Below are positions 1 through 13,309 of a DNA stretch of 64,000 nt, one piece after another. Made by a program: the position numbers and the translations under genes. Positions within the stretch are counted from its first letter, which is position 1. Every line of letters begins with the position of its first letter. The DNA comes from Blepharisma stoltei ATCC 30299 (taxonomy: Eukaryota > Protista > Ciliophora): contig CBFDEM010000004.1 in assembly GCA_965603825.1 (NCBI GenBank), positions 434,001 through 498,000 on the forward strand, in the 5' to 3' direction. Under the pieces are notes generated by a model. The model was not told where the DNA came from, searched no databases, and worked only from the letters and a program-made list of their open reading frames with translations.

Positions 1-3000
1 AATGAAGACTGCTCAAATTTGATATTAAATGCATTGAAGTCGGGAAACAGGGATAACTGCAGCATTATTAAAATATCATCATTTTTAAATTTATTTAGAC
101 TTCTATCTGCATTTTCAGCTGTGAAGAATTCTTATGCTCCAATTATTTATAAGTCACTTACATTTTCACTTGTTGAAAACTATTCGAACCAAACAATAAG
201 AGAATTTTTATATGTTAGTTTTGCTAAATTAATAGAAGATGATCAAAAAATACCTTTAAGCATTCTATTGGACCCTTTAATCAAGCAACTTCAGGTTGCT
301 GACGAACTTTACAATATTTCAGATTTTGATTTTTTTGTAAGTATTGTAAGGCATCCTAAGCTTGAAATAGAACATGCTATTTTATTGATTGATTTTCTGG
401 GAAAAGTGTATTATAATGATCCAATTTACACCAAAGCTGCGCAAGTTCCATTTATTTTATTAGCAGGAAGATATATTGAGTTTAAGCCTATGGAACAATA
501 TATAATAAAATTTGCAAATTTTGGCCTGAAATCTGTAATTAAGCTATTTAAGGCCAAAAAAAATAAAAAAAGTCAACAAGAAAACGAGACTAAATGCTTG
601 CATATAAGAAATATAACACTATCTCTTATAGAAAAGCTTATTGCGCTAAGATGTTGGGATTTAAATACGCAGCTAAAAGATCAGCTATTACATGCAAATT
701 CTGAATTGAAAAAAATTAGTGGAGAAAATTTTAATGGAATTCTAATTATTTTAGCGCTTTTAGGTGACCCAACTGAAATGATAAACAAGTATGAGGCTGA
801 TTCAGACAGCCTGCCTAATTCTGAGCCAAAAGCTGGATCTTTTAAATCAGCGACTTCAGAGCAGAACAATAAGCATGCTATAGCAAGTCTTACTACAGTT
901 CCAAATGGTCGAGTGCAAAATGATTTAGAAAAAATCAAGCAGAAACGCATGGAAAGAGAGCTCCTACAAATAAGCCAAACTGAAAGGAAAAAAGCAATTG
1001 AAGAAAAAACGAAAAAAGCGTTAAAGATACAAATTGAAAAGAGAAGAATTCAGCTCGGAATTGAAAGTAAAAGCGCAGAAAATACTTTGGTAATAAAAAG
1101 TCACACACCAGTGAATGACCAAATAAGTTTAGTTGAATTAGAAAATGAAACACCAAATGAGCAAGAACTTTTAAATGTTGTTTTTAAAAAATATTTAAGG
1201 GTAGCAAACCTGTTATATGATAAGTATTCCACTTCAGGACATAAAAAAGATATGGGGCCAAGCGGAACCTTCGAAAGCCTGAAGGAAACAAAATCTAGCA
1301 TAACTGAAGGAGAACTTGCAAAATTATTAAGAGAGCAAGGGGTCACTCAATCTATGATTTCTGTTGTGGAAATGAAAAAAATTTACAATTTGATAATACA
1401 AAAAATGAAAATTCCAGTGCTGAATTATGAAGGCTATTTTAATTTCATATTTCAAATAGCGGTTTATATTTATTCAAGACCACCGATAGAGCTCACTACT
1501 TATCCATATGCAGTTTCAGTGCAAGCTTTATTTGAGCACTTTTCAAAGCGTGCAGTTGATAATGGGATTCCTTTGCACCTATACCAAGAGCCCGATTATG
1601 GAGCTGGTGACCGCGATGTAGCTAAAAGTATTACTGAGCTACTTAAGTATGACTTTAATATAGAGATGCCAGAAGGCTACCAAAAAGTGAAAGCAAAAGC
1701 ACTTAATGTTAGTTATAAAATTCCAAGCCATCTAGGCTTGTGAAGTCATCAAAAAATAGCTTTAGAAATTCTTGATGACATATTTTTCGACACCATTGGA
1801 ATTCATTTCTTAGAGCACAATATATCAGTTAAAAACGTTTATCATGCTAAAGGGTCCTTAACGAAGCCAGAGGTAGAAACCTCCCCAACGTTTGGGGTGC
1901 CTTCGAATAAAGGTAAGTATAAGATTAAGCCATTACCTGCATATTTAAAGCTAACTCCTGGAATTAAGGTAGAAGTCACAAGGCTTAGAGGGACATTTCC
2001 AAATGACATTTTATTAGAGTGTTCAAAAACGCTTGATGACTTAATTTATTCCGTAGAAAACGACAGCGATACTATAATCAGCAGAAACCCGAAGCCAGCC
2101 GGATCTATTATAAATAGATTTATTGAGCAAAAGTTAAACGAAGAAATCCAACAAAGAGCAGAAGAAGAAAGGCTTGAGAGAAAACGATTCTTAAGAAGGC
2201 AGTCATTAGAATATAAATTAAAAGAAATCAAGCTAGAAAAAGAAGAAAAAATGAGAGAAGATGAAGAAATCAGAAGAATAGAAGAAGAAAGAGAAAGAAG
2301 GCAAATGATGGTGAGAGCTAATACATTGAAAAAAATGAAAGAAATAAATGAACCTAAAATACAGGAATTCAAAAAAAGAAAACAAGAAGAAGAGGAAAGA
2401 AAATTGGCAGAGGCTGAAGAAGAAAAGAAAAAAATGGAAGAAAAGAAAAAAAAAGATAGAGAAATGTTTTTAAAAATGACGCTGAAAATTAGAGAGCAGA
2501 GTCCGAAAAGAATTGAAGAGAAAAAAGAAGAAGTAGCAACAAAAGAAGAGCTGAATAAAAAAAGATCAAAATCGAGCAGAGAAAAGAATTCAAAGAGCTT
2601 CGAATCCACATTGAGATCTAAAAGTAGAGGAAAAAATAAAAAAAATGAAATAATCATTGATGAGAATGAAAAAATGAAGCTAGAGCAAGAAGTAAAGCAA
2701 TACATTGGCTCAGCAATGATGGATAGATGGGTAAATGAAGTTTTGACTGAATATAACAACTCCATTGTGGCTGCTTATGAATTTTACGCAAAAACTTTTC
2801 CTGATTCCGCGAACTCTAAATCTCTTTCATTAGTTGGATTCCACAAATTTTGTTCTCAATTCAATATTTCTCCATATTTTATGGGTAATGAGGATGCAAC
2901 TAAAATATTCAGAATTTTAACGAGAAATAAAATATTAACCCCCGAGTCACCATTGTCATTAACTTTATATGAGTTTAAAGAAGCATTGGTGCGTATTGCT

Positions 3001-3222
3001 ATGCTTAGCAAGAAACTTTTAGCACTGGATAAAGGAAAAGAACTTTGAAGCTATGCAGATCAAGTCAGAGCGCTAATGGAGTGAATTTGCATCCCGAAAG
3101 AAATTGGGGCGGCAAGTGATTTCTTGCAAAAATTACATTCGAAAAAATTCCCATCGAATCCTCAGCACAGAAAAAAGTTAAGAAATAATCTAGCAAAAGC
3201 AATTAGTATGGGAATGAATTAA
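1..3222 (+). CDS. Large hypothetical protein (>1070 aa, 5'-truncated): helical N-terminus, coiled coils, two EF-hand-like/p25-like segments
   Basis: ORFs 19-1743 and 1897-3048 share a frame and join through TGA=Trp (1741, 3046, one more near 3082); first true stop TAA at 3220-3222. Segments ITEGELAKLLRE and LSLVGFHKFCSQF...LTLYEFKEALVRIA look EF-hand-like. Confidence 0.8.
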
Positions 3223-4095
3223 TTTTCCAGATTTAATGAATTTTATAATGTACTTACTAGAAATAACCTTTTCTCGCTACTAACTATATGCTTTTAAGTG
3301 TATTATGTTTACAAGAGTTTTTTTAGTAAGAATTAATATCTATATAGTGATTAATATAATATAGTCCTTTATATTTATCTCTTTAGCACTTTTCCAAATT
3401 TTTGCTCAAAATCCTTTGTTTTTATTTTATTAATAGCTTCATTTACATCTTAATTATTGACAACATTTTTGGGATTCTTTAAAGCATTGAACCAGAAAAA
3501 TTATAATTCCTAATCATGCAAACTGCGTATCACCGCCAAATATATGAGGATTGCGCATGCAAACTACATCTAAGCAAAAATAAAAATAAAACAGTCAAGA
3601 TCATTGATTATTCTATGAAAGCAATTTGCTCATGAAGGCTCAAAATCTATCATCAGGCCTAAATAAGTTGAGAATAAGTGCACGGTTTGTTATCAACTAG
3701 CTTTTGTTTTCATATATTATTTAATAAATGAATCTCACTTTAATTTAACAAATAAGAGCCTTTCTCAATTTTAAACATAATTTATCATTACTAAAATTCT
3801 CCTGAAGCTATTATCATTATTTCTGATTATTATAATTCTCACTAGTATTTTTTCCTTATTTGTCAGCCCAACGTCTCTATAGCCAAAGTGCTTATAATAA
3901 TTATTTTCAGCTTACTTTTTCCTATTTTTCCGGCCAAGAGACTTTATAAAAAGCCCTATAAAAATATTGAAAAATATTATCAGACCTCTTTTAACCCATT
4001 TTTCTTTTATTTCAATAATAGTTTTACAAATATCAATGGCCATTTTTTTATGCAGATCGGTAAGATAAGTTCACCAATTAATAATAATAAATCTT

Positions 4096-4740
4096 ATGCA
4101 GCAAGGAATCACCCTTCACTATTTCGATATGTTTGGACGTGGAGAGCCTCTCAGAATGATGCTGAAATACCACAACACTCCTTTTGTAGACCACCGTCTA
4201 ACTCAGCAAGAATGGAACCAAATGATGAGTCAAGGGTTTTCAGAGTTCGACATGCTCCCCTGTCTAGATATTGATGGGATGAGATTGACTGAACCTTGTG
4301 CAACTTATAAATATGTAGCCCAAAAGCTTAATTACTACCCAAATCCTACAAACCTTGTTGACTGCTATATGGTAGATTCTGTATCCAATTACAGAGAACA
4401 TGTCAGAGACATCTTTAAAGAGTGCTACAAGAACAGAGATATGGAAGGAATTGAGAGATTGATGAATGAAAAAATGCCCACTATTTTGAGAAAAATCGAA
4501 GCCAGGCTCAATAGAGTCCAAAACGGAAATAGATTCTTCATGGGAAACAATGTGACTTTAGCTGATTTCATGATCTTTGACATGGTTTATAACTATATGA
4601 TGTGCCCAGGAAGGGCAGAGAGATATGGAAACCTTATCAACCAAAACGCTCCTAAGCTTGCTCAATGGTGCCAAAGAATGATAAACTCTTCAGAGACCTT
4701 TAAAGAGTACTTGGAGACGAGACCAGTAAAAGAGATGTAA
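4096..4740 (+). CDS. Glutathione S-transferase (sigma-like)
   Basis: N-terminal LHYFDMFGRGEPLRMML; LPCLDIDG motif; C-terminal FFMGNNVTLADF. Confidence 0.9.
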   Translation: MQQGITLHYFDMFGRGEPLRMMLKYHNTPFVDHRLTQQEWNQMMSQGFSEFDMLPCLDIDGMRLTEPCATYKYVAQKLNYYPNPTNLVDCYMVDSVSNYREHVRDIFKECYKNRDMEGIERLMNEKMPTILRKIEARLNRVQNGNRFFMGNNVTLADFMIFDMVYNYMMCPGRAERYGNLINQNAPKLAQWCQRMINSSETFKEYLETRPVKEM

Positions 4741-4879
4741 TAAATAATCATTTCCTTATAGTGAAAATCATATTTTAAATGTCTGTAACATTTTTTATAA
4801 ATATGCTAATTATAATTTAACAGTCTATCAAGGTTTTATACGCGTAATAAATCATGATTTTACTGTATAATTTATATTA

Positions 4880-6679
4880 CTAATAAGGTATTATAGGTTT
4901 TTGGCGTCTTCTATCGTTCCATCCTAAGATATTATTTAATCTTCCAAGTCATGATGCAATATCATGATTTAAATTTATATCTAAATAGCTCTTACTTGGC
5001 ACAGGGTAGTTGGAAACAGTCACATCCATAGATGCTCCTCTTGCAAGTTTAAATTTTGAATGCCCATCAATTCCAACCCATGCAGGTATCCTTGAGTTTT
5101 CAGGAACTTTAATAGTAATTGTCACAGAATCCGGAAGCAAAATTGGTCTAAATGATAAAGAATGAGGACATATAGGAGTTATCAATATAGCTGGAACTCC
5201 ATGATGCACAATAGAACCTCCTGCCGATAAAGAATATGCAGTTGATCCACAGGGCGTAGCAATCAGAAGTCCATCTCCAATTGCTGTTGTGCATAATTCT
5301 CCATTAAGATAAACTTCAAGCTCTAACAAAGAAACACCAGGACCTCTATCAATGCAAATTTCATTAGCAGCTTGACCTCAAGCTTTTTCACTGATGTCTT
5401 TTACATGGCATTTCAGCCTTGACATCAAATCTACATGAATACTTGGCGAGGTAAAAACTTGATCTAAAACTTCAGTCAAATTGGCTACATTATAAGATGT
5501 CATAAACCCGAGAGAGCCCATGTTGAAGGCAAGCAACGGTGGCATTGATTTGTGTTTGAAAAGGCTGATAGCCCATATTACAGTCCCATCTCCTCCTAGT
5601 GTAATAACCAAATTTATTTTATCACATAATCCTTCATGGAACCTCCTGACTTGGGGATTCAGATCTTTAGACCTGTCAGCTTCAACGAAAACTGTGGTGT
5701 TTTTGTCTAATAAATACCTGACTGTTCTCATATAAACTGACTCAATTTCATCATCTTTGCCGATTCGTCTTACTATAAGAACTTTCGGAGAGTTGGGCAA
5801 TGAGACCTTAAAAGAGTTAACTGAGTGTCTATCTACATGAAAAATCCCCTGCTCTAGTGAATTTCTTAGGAAATCTTCATTTCTGACATACTCAATTTTT
5901 GAAGGAGTCAAGCTAATCTCCGATAATGTTCTTTCCCTTAGCCTCCCTATATTATAAGTGGTAAATTCTTTATTATTGAACAAATAAATCATTCCAAATC
6001 TCAATATCGTAGGCTTGTTTACACTAAACGGCTTCCTTAGTTGCTGCTGCATGACTATGGACTCATTCTGCAAATCAAACATCCACACATTCTGTAAAGC
6101 TGCCCCTGACTCATCTTTTCCTCCAAAAATCATGACAGAGCCACTTGCTACAACAAAAATCCCAAGTGACGAGATGCTCACAGGCAAGATCAAATCACAT
6201 AAAACCCATTCTTCATTATGCATGTCAAATCTTTCTATTGTGGATACTCCGACACCTCCACAAACGTAGATAAATTGTGCATTAATTATTGCTGCGGAGT
6301 TGACCCTGGGGTAAATTAGTTGAGGCAAAGACGTCCATTTGTTTTTTTCAATATTAAAAGCTTCCACAGTGCTTAAAGCTTGCTCCGACTCTTCATTATA
6401 TCCTCCTATAGCGTAAATTGTGTCTGACGAAGATACCGCACACAAGTCAGCTCTATTAGAAAGCATAGGTGTAAGTTTTCTAATAGAAGAATTTTCTAAT
6501 TGCAAAACTCTATTTAAAGTACCATTATAAATACCTCCAATAAGCAATACAGTTGTCCCACAATAAACTACACAAAAACGAGTTCCAAAATTTTCATTCC
6601 AGTCGATATCGATTTTCTCCCAAGTTTCGGAGTCAAAATCAAAAAGATAAGCTTCAGATGATTCAAAATGATATGCCAT
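4880..6679 (-). CDS. NADK: Kelch-repeat / NAD kinase fusion (~594 aa, one 15-nt intron)
   Basis: Kelch GG repeats (IYAIGGY, IYVCGG, VMIFGG), then LGGDGT, FNMGSLGF, ANE, GDGLLIATPCGSTAYSLSAGGS, TPICPHSLSFRP. TGA=Trp at 5378 and 4949; stop TAG 4880-4882. Confidence 0.9.
4981..4995 (-). other. Predicted 15-nt intron gtaagagctatttag (no in-frame stop)
   Basis: GT-AG ends and A at -6. Removal gives YPVP-x10-W spacing typical of the NAD kinase C-terminus. Confidence 0.7.
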
Positions 6680-6710
6680 TTATTAGGTGAGAGTTTATAT
6701 TTATTAATTA

Positions 6711-8765
6711 TTAGGTTTGTGGCTGAATTACTGTTATTATGGCTTTTGCCAGCTGCTCACTGTTTGGTATAAAAGGCTGAATCAAAGCTGAAAGCTGCTC
6801 AACATCAAGGTCTCCTTGCTCCTGCAATGCTACCAGTCCATTAAAAAGAGTTTCTATCGGAATCTGCATTTCAAGTTTACTAGCAAAGTCCAGGAAATCA
6901 TGCTTATCTCTATAAACAGATTCTCTAAACTGGCTGAGGACTAGTGACATTTCTTTTTTGTTTTTCGATGCTTGGTTATTTCCTTGTATGACTAATAAAA
7001 CTTGATAATCATATACGACATTCACAACCTTTGAAAATGATTGAACCAGTCTTTCTAGATAAGCCTGTAAATAAACCTCAAAAAAGCGCCGCTTAAAGCG
7101 CCTTTCGTAGTATTCAGTTGACAGCCACTGAGAGATGTCTTTATCATAGTCTTCCATAGTTGCAAATGCGCTAGGCACTGGGCCACTTGCAATCCAATTA
7201 GTAGTAAACAGCACAAGAACAGTGTCTGGGGCTATAGATCTTAAAACACTTATAGCAAGGGCATTTGCCCCTTCTCCACAGAGGGTTAGAAATCCTTTTT
7301 GGACGCCTTCGAACATTCTTTCAATTCTTTCTAATTGGAAACTTTCTGTATAATATTTTTTGCAAGATTTCATTAAATCCACTGTATGCTTGGAAGCTCT
7401 CTGATTGTTGTTTATGCTTAAACACAACGAAGCGACTTGCAGTTCAGGATCCTCAAGGTTTATCATCTCAGAAAGTTGTGAGGATAATTTTTTTTGCTGA
7501 GATATCAGTCGAGTTGCACAAACACGGAAAATTTCAATAAGAACTTCGCCTGAAAGCCTATTTGAAACAAAATTAAGCTGCTGGTTAACTGCTGAAAACA
7601 TTTCTTCTGGCAAAGTGTCTGTCAGTGGCTCATATTTAGCAGCCATTTCCATGATTTGGTTGTTGGAGGAATGAGCTTGCAGGGCTCGATTTATTCATTC
7701 TGATAGAAGATTTTCCATATGCTGAATAAAATCCGGCATAAGCTCCTTTACTTTGGCGAAAAGAATTTGAATGTCTACGTCTTCCAAGGAATCTGCGCAG
7801 TATTTTTTAATGGCTTCGCTGTATTCAGAAACCCATTGAAAAATCAGCACAAGTAGCCCTGGAGAGGCTCTAAGCTTTTCTAAATCAGATAATTGAGGCT
7901 CTATTGCAGCTTGAATGCAATTCCTGTATTTATTGACGCAGTAGTTATAAAGATTGTACTCAGGTGGAAAGCAAGGCAAAACTTTTTCTATCATAATTCC
8001 AAGTTCGTTTATGGCTTGATGAGTATTTTCTGATAATTTTTCTAAATTTTCGACATTTAGTAAGGTAAGGAGTCTTTTTTCAATTCCCAATCCCAAGTGC
8101 TCTCTTACTTTTTCTTCAGCTTGATCTTGAATGTTTCTAATAATTTTTATTACTCTTACAATAGCTTTCGGCTGTTTTTGTGCTATTTCTATTGAATTTT
8201 CAATTACTCTTCATATCGAAGTGTTAAGCTCAGCTTCAAATTCATCCAAAGGAGCAAATTGCTTTTTGAGAACCTCTCTGACACTTGGTGGGGCCTTTTC
8301 CAATAATTTCCTTTTATGATCAGATAGCTTGATACCTTGGTTCACAATAGAAGCAAGCTTTTCTTTGTCTCCAAAATCTTTTCTTAGATCAGCCAATGTT
8401 TTTTCCAAATTGAGAAAAGGTTTTACAATGTTAATTGTTTGAGAGATATTTGCCTGAGCAATTACTATGCTTTTAAGTGATCCAGGCTGTTCAGGGCAAA
8501 GGCTTCCTAAATGCTCAATAGGCTCTAGTAGCGCATTTGACGCAGCTTTATGCAAGGTGCATAGCACCTGCCTATGGGTATCAACTTCTCGGTTTAAAGC
8601 TCCTCCGAGCTCGAATGCAGAGTTTTCTTGATTTTTTGTAAAGTCTGCTATTAATTTTTTGATCCTTACATGAACTAAAGAAATATCGCCTTCTAGCTCG
8701 GATAAAGTTTTATTCAAAGTAGTTTTGGCTTTTGCAAGAGCTTGGTTTTCATCTGAAAAATTCAT
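6711..8765 (-). CDS. SEC6: Exocyst subunit Sec6/EXOC3-like (~684 aa)
   Basis: Three same-frame ORFs joined by TGA=Trp at 8211 and 7695. Motifs IWRVIENSIEIAQKQPKAIVRVIKII, VLPCFPPEYNLYNYCVNKY, LCLSINNN and ATMEDY. Confidence 0.8.
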
Positions 8766-8777
8766 ATTATTAAGTTA

Positions 8778-10411
8778 TTATGGGTTATTTCCTTTTACAG
8801 TTCTATATGTATAGTGGGCTTGCGATCTGCCTCCCGATTCTTTTAGCTGACTCAATAAGACTTTTTTCTGATCTTCAAGCTCATTAATTCTGTTATTTTG
8901 AGCGTAAATATGCTCTTGCATTTCATCATGCCTTTTTTTGTATTTTTCAACCTCTAGCTTCATTTCTTGTTCAAAATTCGACTGATCAGTAATTTTACCT
9001 TGCAGCGTCACAATAAAAGCTTGCGCTTCTTTCAGCTCTTTATCAATTAAATTCCTAGCAGCTACAGCTTGCATAGCAATTTTTTCTTTTCTTTGTTTTT
9101 CCTCTATAATTGTTTTGATTTTTTGTTTTTCTTTTTCAAGTTCCTCTATGGCTTGATTCATCTTGTCTTCGGTTATTATTTTTTCGTCCCTGATTTTTTT
9201 CTTCATGAAAGCTTCATTTCTAAACATCCCAGGGAGCAACTCGGCGTCTTGTCGAATATTTTTTATTTCTTGGATTAATTCTGCGTGTATTTTTTCGGCT
9301 TCTTCTAACCTGGGCAAAAATGTTTCATTTATTTTGGCTAATTGAGCTTCAAGTTGCTTAGCGTGCTGCGCTAAATGAAGATTTTCACTTTCCAGAGAAA
9401 TTTTTTCCATATTAATTTTTTGGATCTGCCTGGAGTCATGCTCGATTTTCATTGATTTTTCTTCTAAATCTCTCGTCATTTGGAACCACTCACGCCTGTC
9501 AGGATTTCTCATCATAATTCTCAAGTTTTGGACCTCTTCTTCTAGTTTCTCTTGATTTTTATGAGTTTGTTCTAGCTCATTTCTTAGGCTTTTCGCATTT
9601 GGGGACTTTTTTTTAGACTCTAATCGAAAATTACTGTATTTAGTTGAAAATTATTTTCAATCATCCTGATCATGGTCTGGAATTCATCTGTAAATGCAGT
9701 TAGAGTTTGAATAAAATTTACTTTTGCTTTTGGCGAAGAATTTATCTGTGGCAGTTCTTGGCTTATTTTAGGGTGAACATAGTCTATTTTTGCTGGTATG
9801 TATCCATGCTCATTTTTATAATCGACAATATTCTGCACAATGTCTAATATTTCACCTTTTACGTAGCCAGTTTCCAAAATATTCAAATCCATTCACAAAA
9901 CAATTTTTCTATGCATCATTGATTTGAAAATCTGGCTAGTAAGGTTTTCTTTTAAATCGTAAAGTTCACACAGAATTTCATGGACTCCTTCTTGGTTTTG
10001 TGAGACTGAGGCTGCATTTAATTTAGAAATTTCTGTCGAGACGCTTTGAAGGACTAAGTCTCATGTTTTATATTCGCAAGTTTTAGGAAGATGAGCAGAA
10101 TTTTTTAAAATGTTTATAAGAACTTTGAAATCGTTTGAAAACTTTTCTGAGACTTTCATAAGAAAGCTGGTACCTTTATTTACTTCGTATATAGATGAAG
10201 GCGTTTCTCTGCGAAGTTGCTTCAAAAATTCACCATGAGATCGGAGGTCTTTTTGCAAAGTATCAATTGAATTACGTCAGGTTGCCACCCTTTGGGTGGT
10301 ATCTTGAGGCAGGGTATTTTCTGTTATATTTAAATACTCGTTTCTAGCATTTTGGACTTTCCTCATAGAGAGTCTGATAGATGAGTTCAAGTCAACGCCT
10401 TTATTTTTCAT
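8778..10411 (-). CDS. Coiled-coil hypothetical protein; exon junction near 9618-9634 ambiguous
   Basis: Frame is open from ATG 10411 to TAG 9620 with TGA=Trp. The downstream frame is open and coding-like from ~9617 to TAA 8778. Joining them needs a 17-nt intron, or a 15-nt intron plus a 1-nt indel. Confidence 0.6.
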
Positions 10412-10689
10412 TTTGCTATATAACTGTATTTATTTGTTCATACATCATTTGCCTCTCGAATTTATATCAATTCGTATGATAAAATAGCAAATATTTTAAT
10501 TACACATAAATCCTCACTAGATGTTGCAATCTTTTGCCTGTGCATTAATAGCTAAAGCACAAGCTAATTTAGTGTATTGCCGATGATTAATCTTATAAAA
10601 CTTTTCGATGCTAAGTTATAGATTCAATATAGATTAATAACAATATCTTCGAATTTATAGTAACTATAAGGCGGCACGAACTGGCCTAG

Positions 10690-11283
10690 TTAATTATTAT
10701 TGCAATTAAATATGTTTTGCGCATTTTTGGAATTCAGAGACGGTATAATATGAAAAATTAATATTTCGAGGGTTCTTCCAATGTTATACCCGTACTTCGA
10801 CGATGTTTCAATATAAGGAATTCCTAAACTATCTGCAAAACTTTTTCCTTCATCATAAGAAACCACTCTTTCATTTTCTAAATCGCATTTGTTTCCCACT
10901 AAAATGAATCCATGAGCTATATCACTATGACTCCCTATGAGCTCTTTTCAAAATTTAACTGCTTCAAACGATTTTCTATCAATTACACTAAAAAATATTA
11001 AAAATCCATGGCCACCTCTAAAGTAATTTGCTGTAATAGGTTTAAATCTGTCTTGCCCAGAAGTATCTCACATATGCAGCTTATAAGTTTTATTTAAATG
11101 CCGAGCTCAGCCAATTTTCTATATGATTCTTACAAAATCGATTCCAATTGTTGGAATATAATCTCCAACATAATCTCGATTAGCAAATTGCGATATAAAT
11201 GAAGACTTTCCACTGCATTCTGCTCCAACGAATATTAGGTTTAAGCGCCAATCTCTGTCTATAGACTACCAATCTGAGCTCAT
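10690..11283 (-). CDS. Divergent Rab1-like small GTPase (187 aa, two 15-nt introns)
   Basis: Spliced product has [42 protein letters not shown] and ends in CNNN. Introns fall at positions typical of Rab1/Rab8 genes. Confidence 0.9.
11119..11133 (-). other. 15-nt intron gtaagaatcatatag
   Basis: In-frame TAG; follows TIGIDF; A at -6. Confidence 0.9.
11255..11269 (-). other. 15-nt intron gtagtctatagacag
   Basis: In-frame TAG; A at -6; splicing creates a TG|A codon. Confidence 0.85.
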
Positions 11284-11401
11284 TATTACAAATAATTATA
11301 TTAATCAATTGCCTTATAATAAAATCACTACTAGTTTAGTGAAATTTTTTTAAATTTATTTTCTTAAAATATTAAACAGATTACTTTATTAAAGCAACAA
11401 T

Positions 11402-12955
11402 TTAAATATCTAAGATCCTAATTCTCTCAGTTGGCCTCACAATAATTTGACCTCCAAACTGTGACAGGAATATAAAATCTTTAAGTGCCAGCTGTAAGAG
11501 CTCATAAAACCCACAAGCCATGACCCTTCTTTCTTTTTTCTTTGATAAATCATCAAAGTTGATCATTTCCACAGTGCCAAACTTCATTTTCAGAAGTTTT
11601 AGCAGCTTCAAAGTCCTTGAATTCCACTGATCTTCAAGCTTGGTTTCTTCAGTTTTCTCCACCTTATTTATAACCGGCTCATTTATGTGGGTTTGGACAT
11701 TTTCTTGTGGAGGATTTTCTGTGTGCTTGTCAGGGATATTTTCTTTATTATGAGAATTTTCAATTGCTTTAGGCTTTTCAGCAGGATGAGCGTTCTGGCG
11801 TGGCTGAGGAACAGTTTTGTTTTCTTCTTCAAGCTCTCTTAAATGTGTTTTCATCCTTAAAAGCTTGATATTGGAGATATAAAAAGTTTCAAGTTCTGGG
11901 TTCATATCAGGGACTGTTGTCGAATAAAGCATGGTATCAGAATCTGGAGGGACCAAGTCTGCTATTGGGTAAAAGAAGCGAGGGTTTTTAACAATATCTG
12001 CAGTAGAGTCAAGTCCGGCTTGCATATCATAGTCAAGGACAATTGAAGCGTCCTCATATCTTACTGTTTTTCCTTTAGCTTTGCGGGATTTAGCGGGTCT
12101 TTCTTCTTTTTTGACTGGTGGCTTTGCGTCTTCTTCTTTTTTGACTTTAGGTGGAGCTTTTTTGCCTTTGGCTTCGCTATTATCTAGCTGCATTGAGAGA
12201 GGAACAATTGCAGGAGGCATTTCAACATCCGGAGTAGCATCTGTGGGCGCTGTTGGGTCTGGAGCTTGTGGTGGATTTGGATTAATCAAAGTTTGCCACA
12301 CTGGTGTCTTATCAGTCCTAGGTCTTTTTGTAGGATTTCCAGGCTGAAATTCTCCATCTTTATTTTCTTCTTCCTCTTCTTCTTGTAATGGCTCATCCCC
12401 TTCTTTTTGAAGCCAAGCTGCAGCTAGCTGTACATCATCTAAAAAGGTAGTGTTTCTTCCCAGTAAATCTTTCTTTTGGTTGGTGTTTGACTTCAGGTCA
12501 TTTCCTAAGAATTTGTCAGGAAGATTCAAAGAGTCAGCCGAAGCATTATTTCTCATCCTTTCTTGATGCTGTTTATTGCCTTGCATAAGATTCATAGCCA
12601 TAGTTTCGGGGGTAAGGATTTTTAAAGGATTTAGACGGAGTTTTTCAGGAGCATTGGTAATTCCCATGCTTTTTAAGGTTTCAGCTCCGCTTACTCGGAT
12701 TCCTTGGCTGACTTGGTCCATTAGCTGCTCAATTTCTTCGAGGGTAAGGAAGCTTTTTTTGTTGTAGATTTTGGAAAGACCGAGCAGAAGATAGCCTGAG
12801 ATTCTTAAGGAATAAAGACTTCCATTTTTGATGGCAATAACTGAATCAGTTACGTCATGTTGATAAATTTGATTCTTGCTAAGTTTTTTGTCCCAATGTG
12901 CTGCAAGTCATACACGGGCGAGAACGCTTTTTGGGTCAAATGCTAGTGAGTTCAT
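11402..12955 (-). CDS. RAD21: Cohesin alpha-kleisin, Rad21/Rec8 family (517 aa)
   Basis: N-terminal LARV(W=TGA)LAAHWDKKLSK...SLRISGYLLLGLSKIY; C-terminal winged helix FDDLSKKKERRVMACGFYELLQL. Confidence 0.9.
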
Positions 12956-13309
12956 TTAATTTTTATAAAAAGCCCCCAAATTTTATTTTAAAATACTTTG
13001 GATTTTTTTCGAAAAATAATTGTTTGGAAATTCTCTTAAGGAAATTTGCCTTAAATTATTATTTTTCCCTAACTCTTGATAGCATTAAATACTATATTGC
13101 TACAATTTAATGCTCCCATAATATCTTATAGAAGGATGTATAAATAGAGCCCCTATATCAAGCCAATAAATATTCAAGTCTTATAAAATTATTAAAACAA
13201 GATGTAATAGAATAATTTCCATTCAATTTGTTTTTAAATTTATGAAATGTTTTTTATGGCATATTATAAGAAAATTCCTTTATCACAAAATGGATAGCTT
13301 ATAGTATAA

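Noticed and set aside
2046-2765. 239-aa Phe/Ser-rich minus-strand ORF and other antisense ORFs in the track
   Set aside because: These are shadows of Lys/Glu-rich coding on the opposite strand.
3515-3565. catgcaaact repeated twice upstream of the GST gene
   Set aside because: Two 10-mers are too little evidence for a regulatory site without conservation data.
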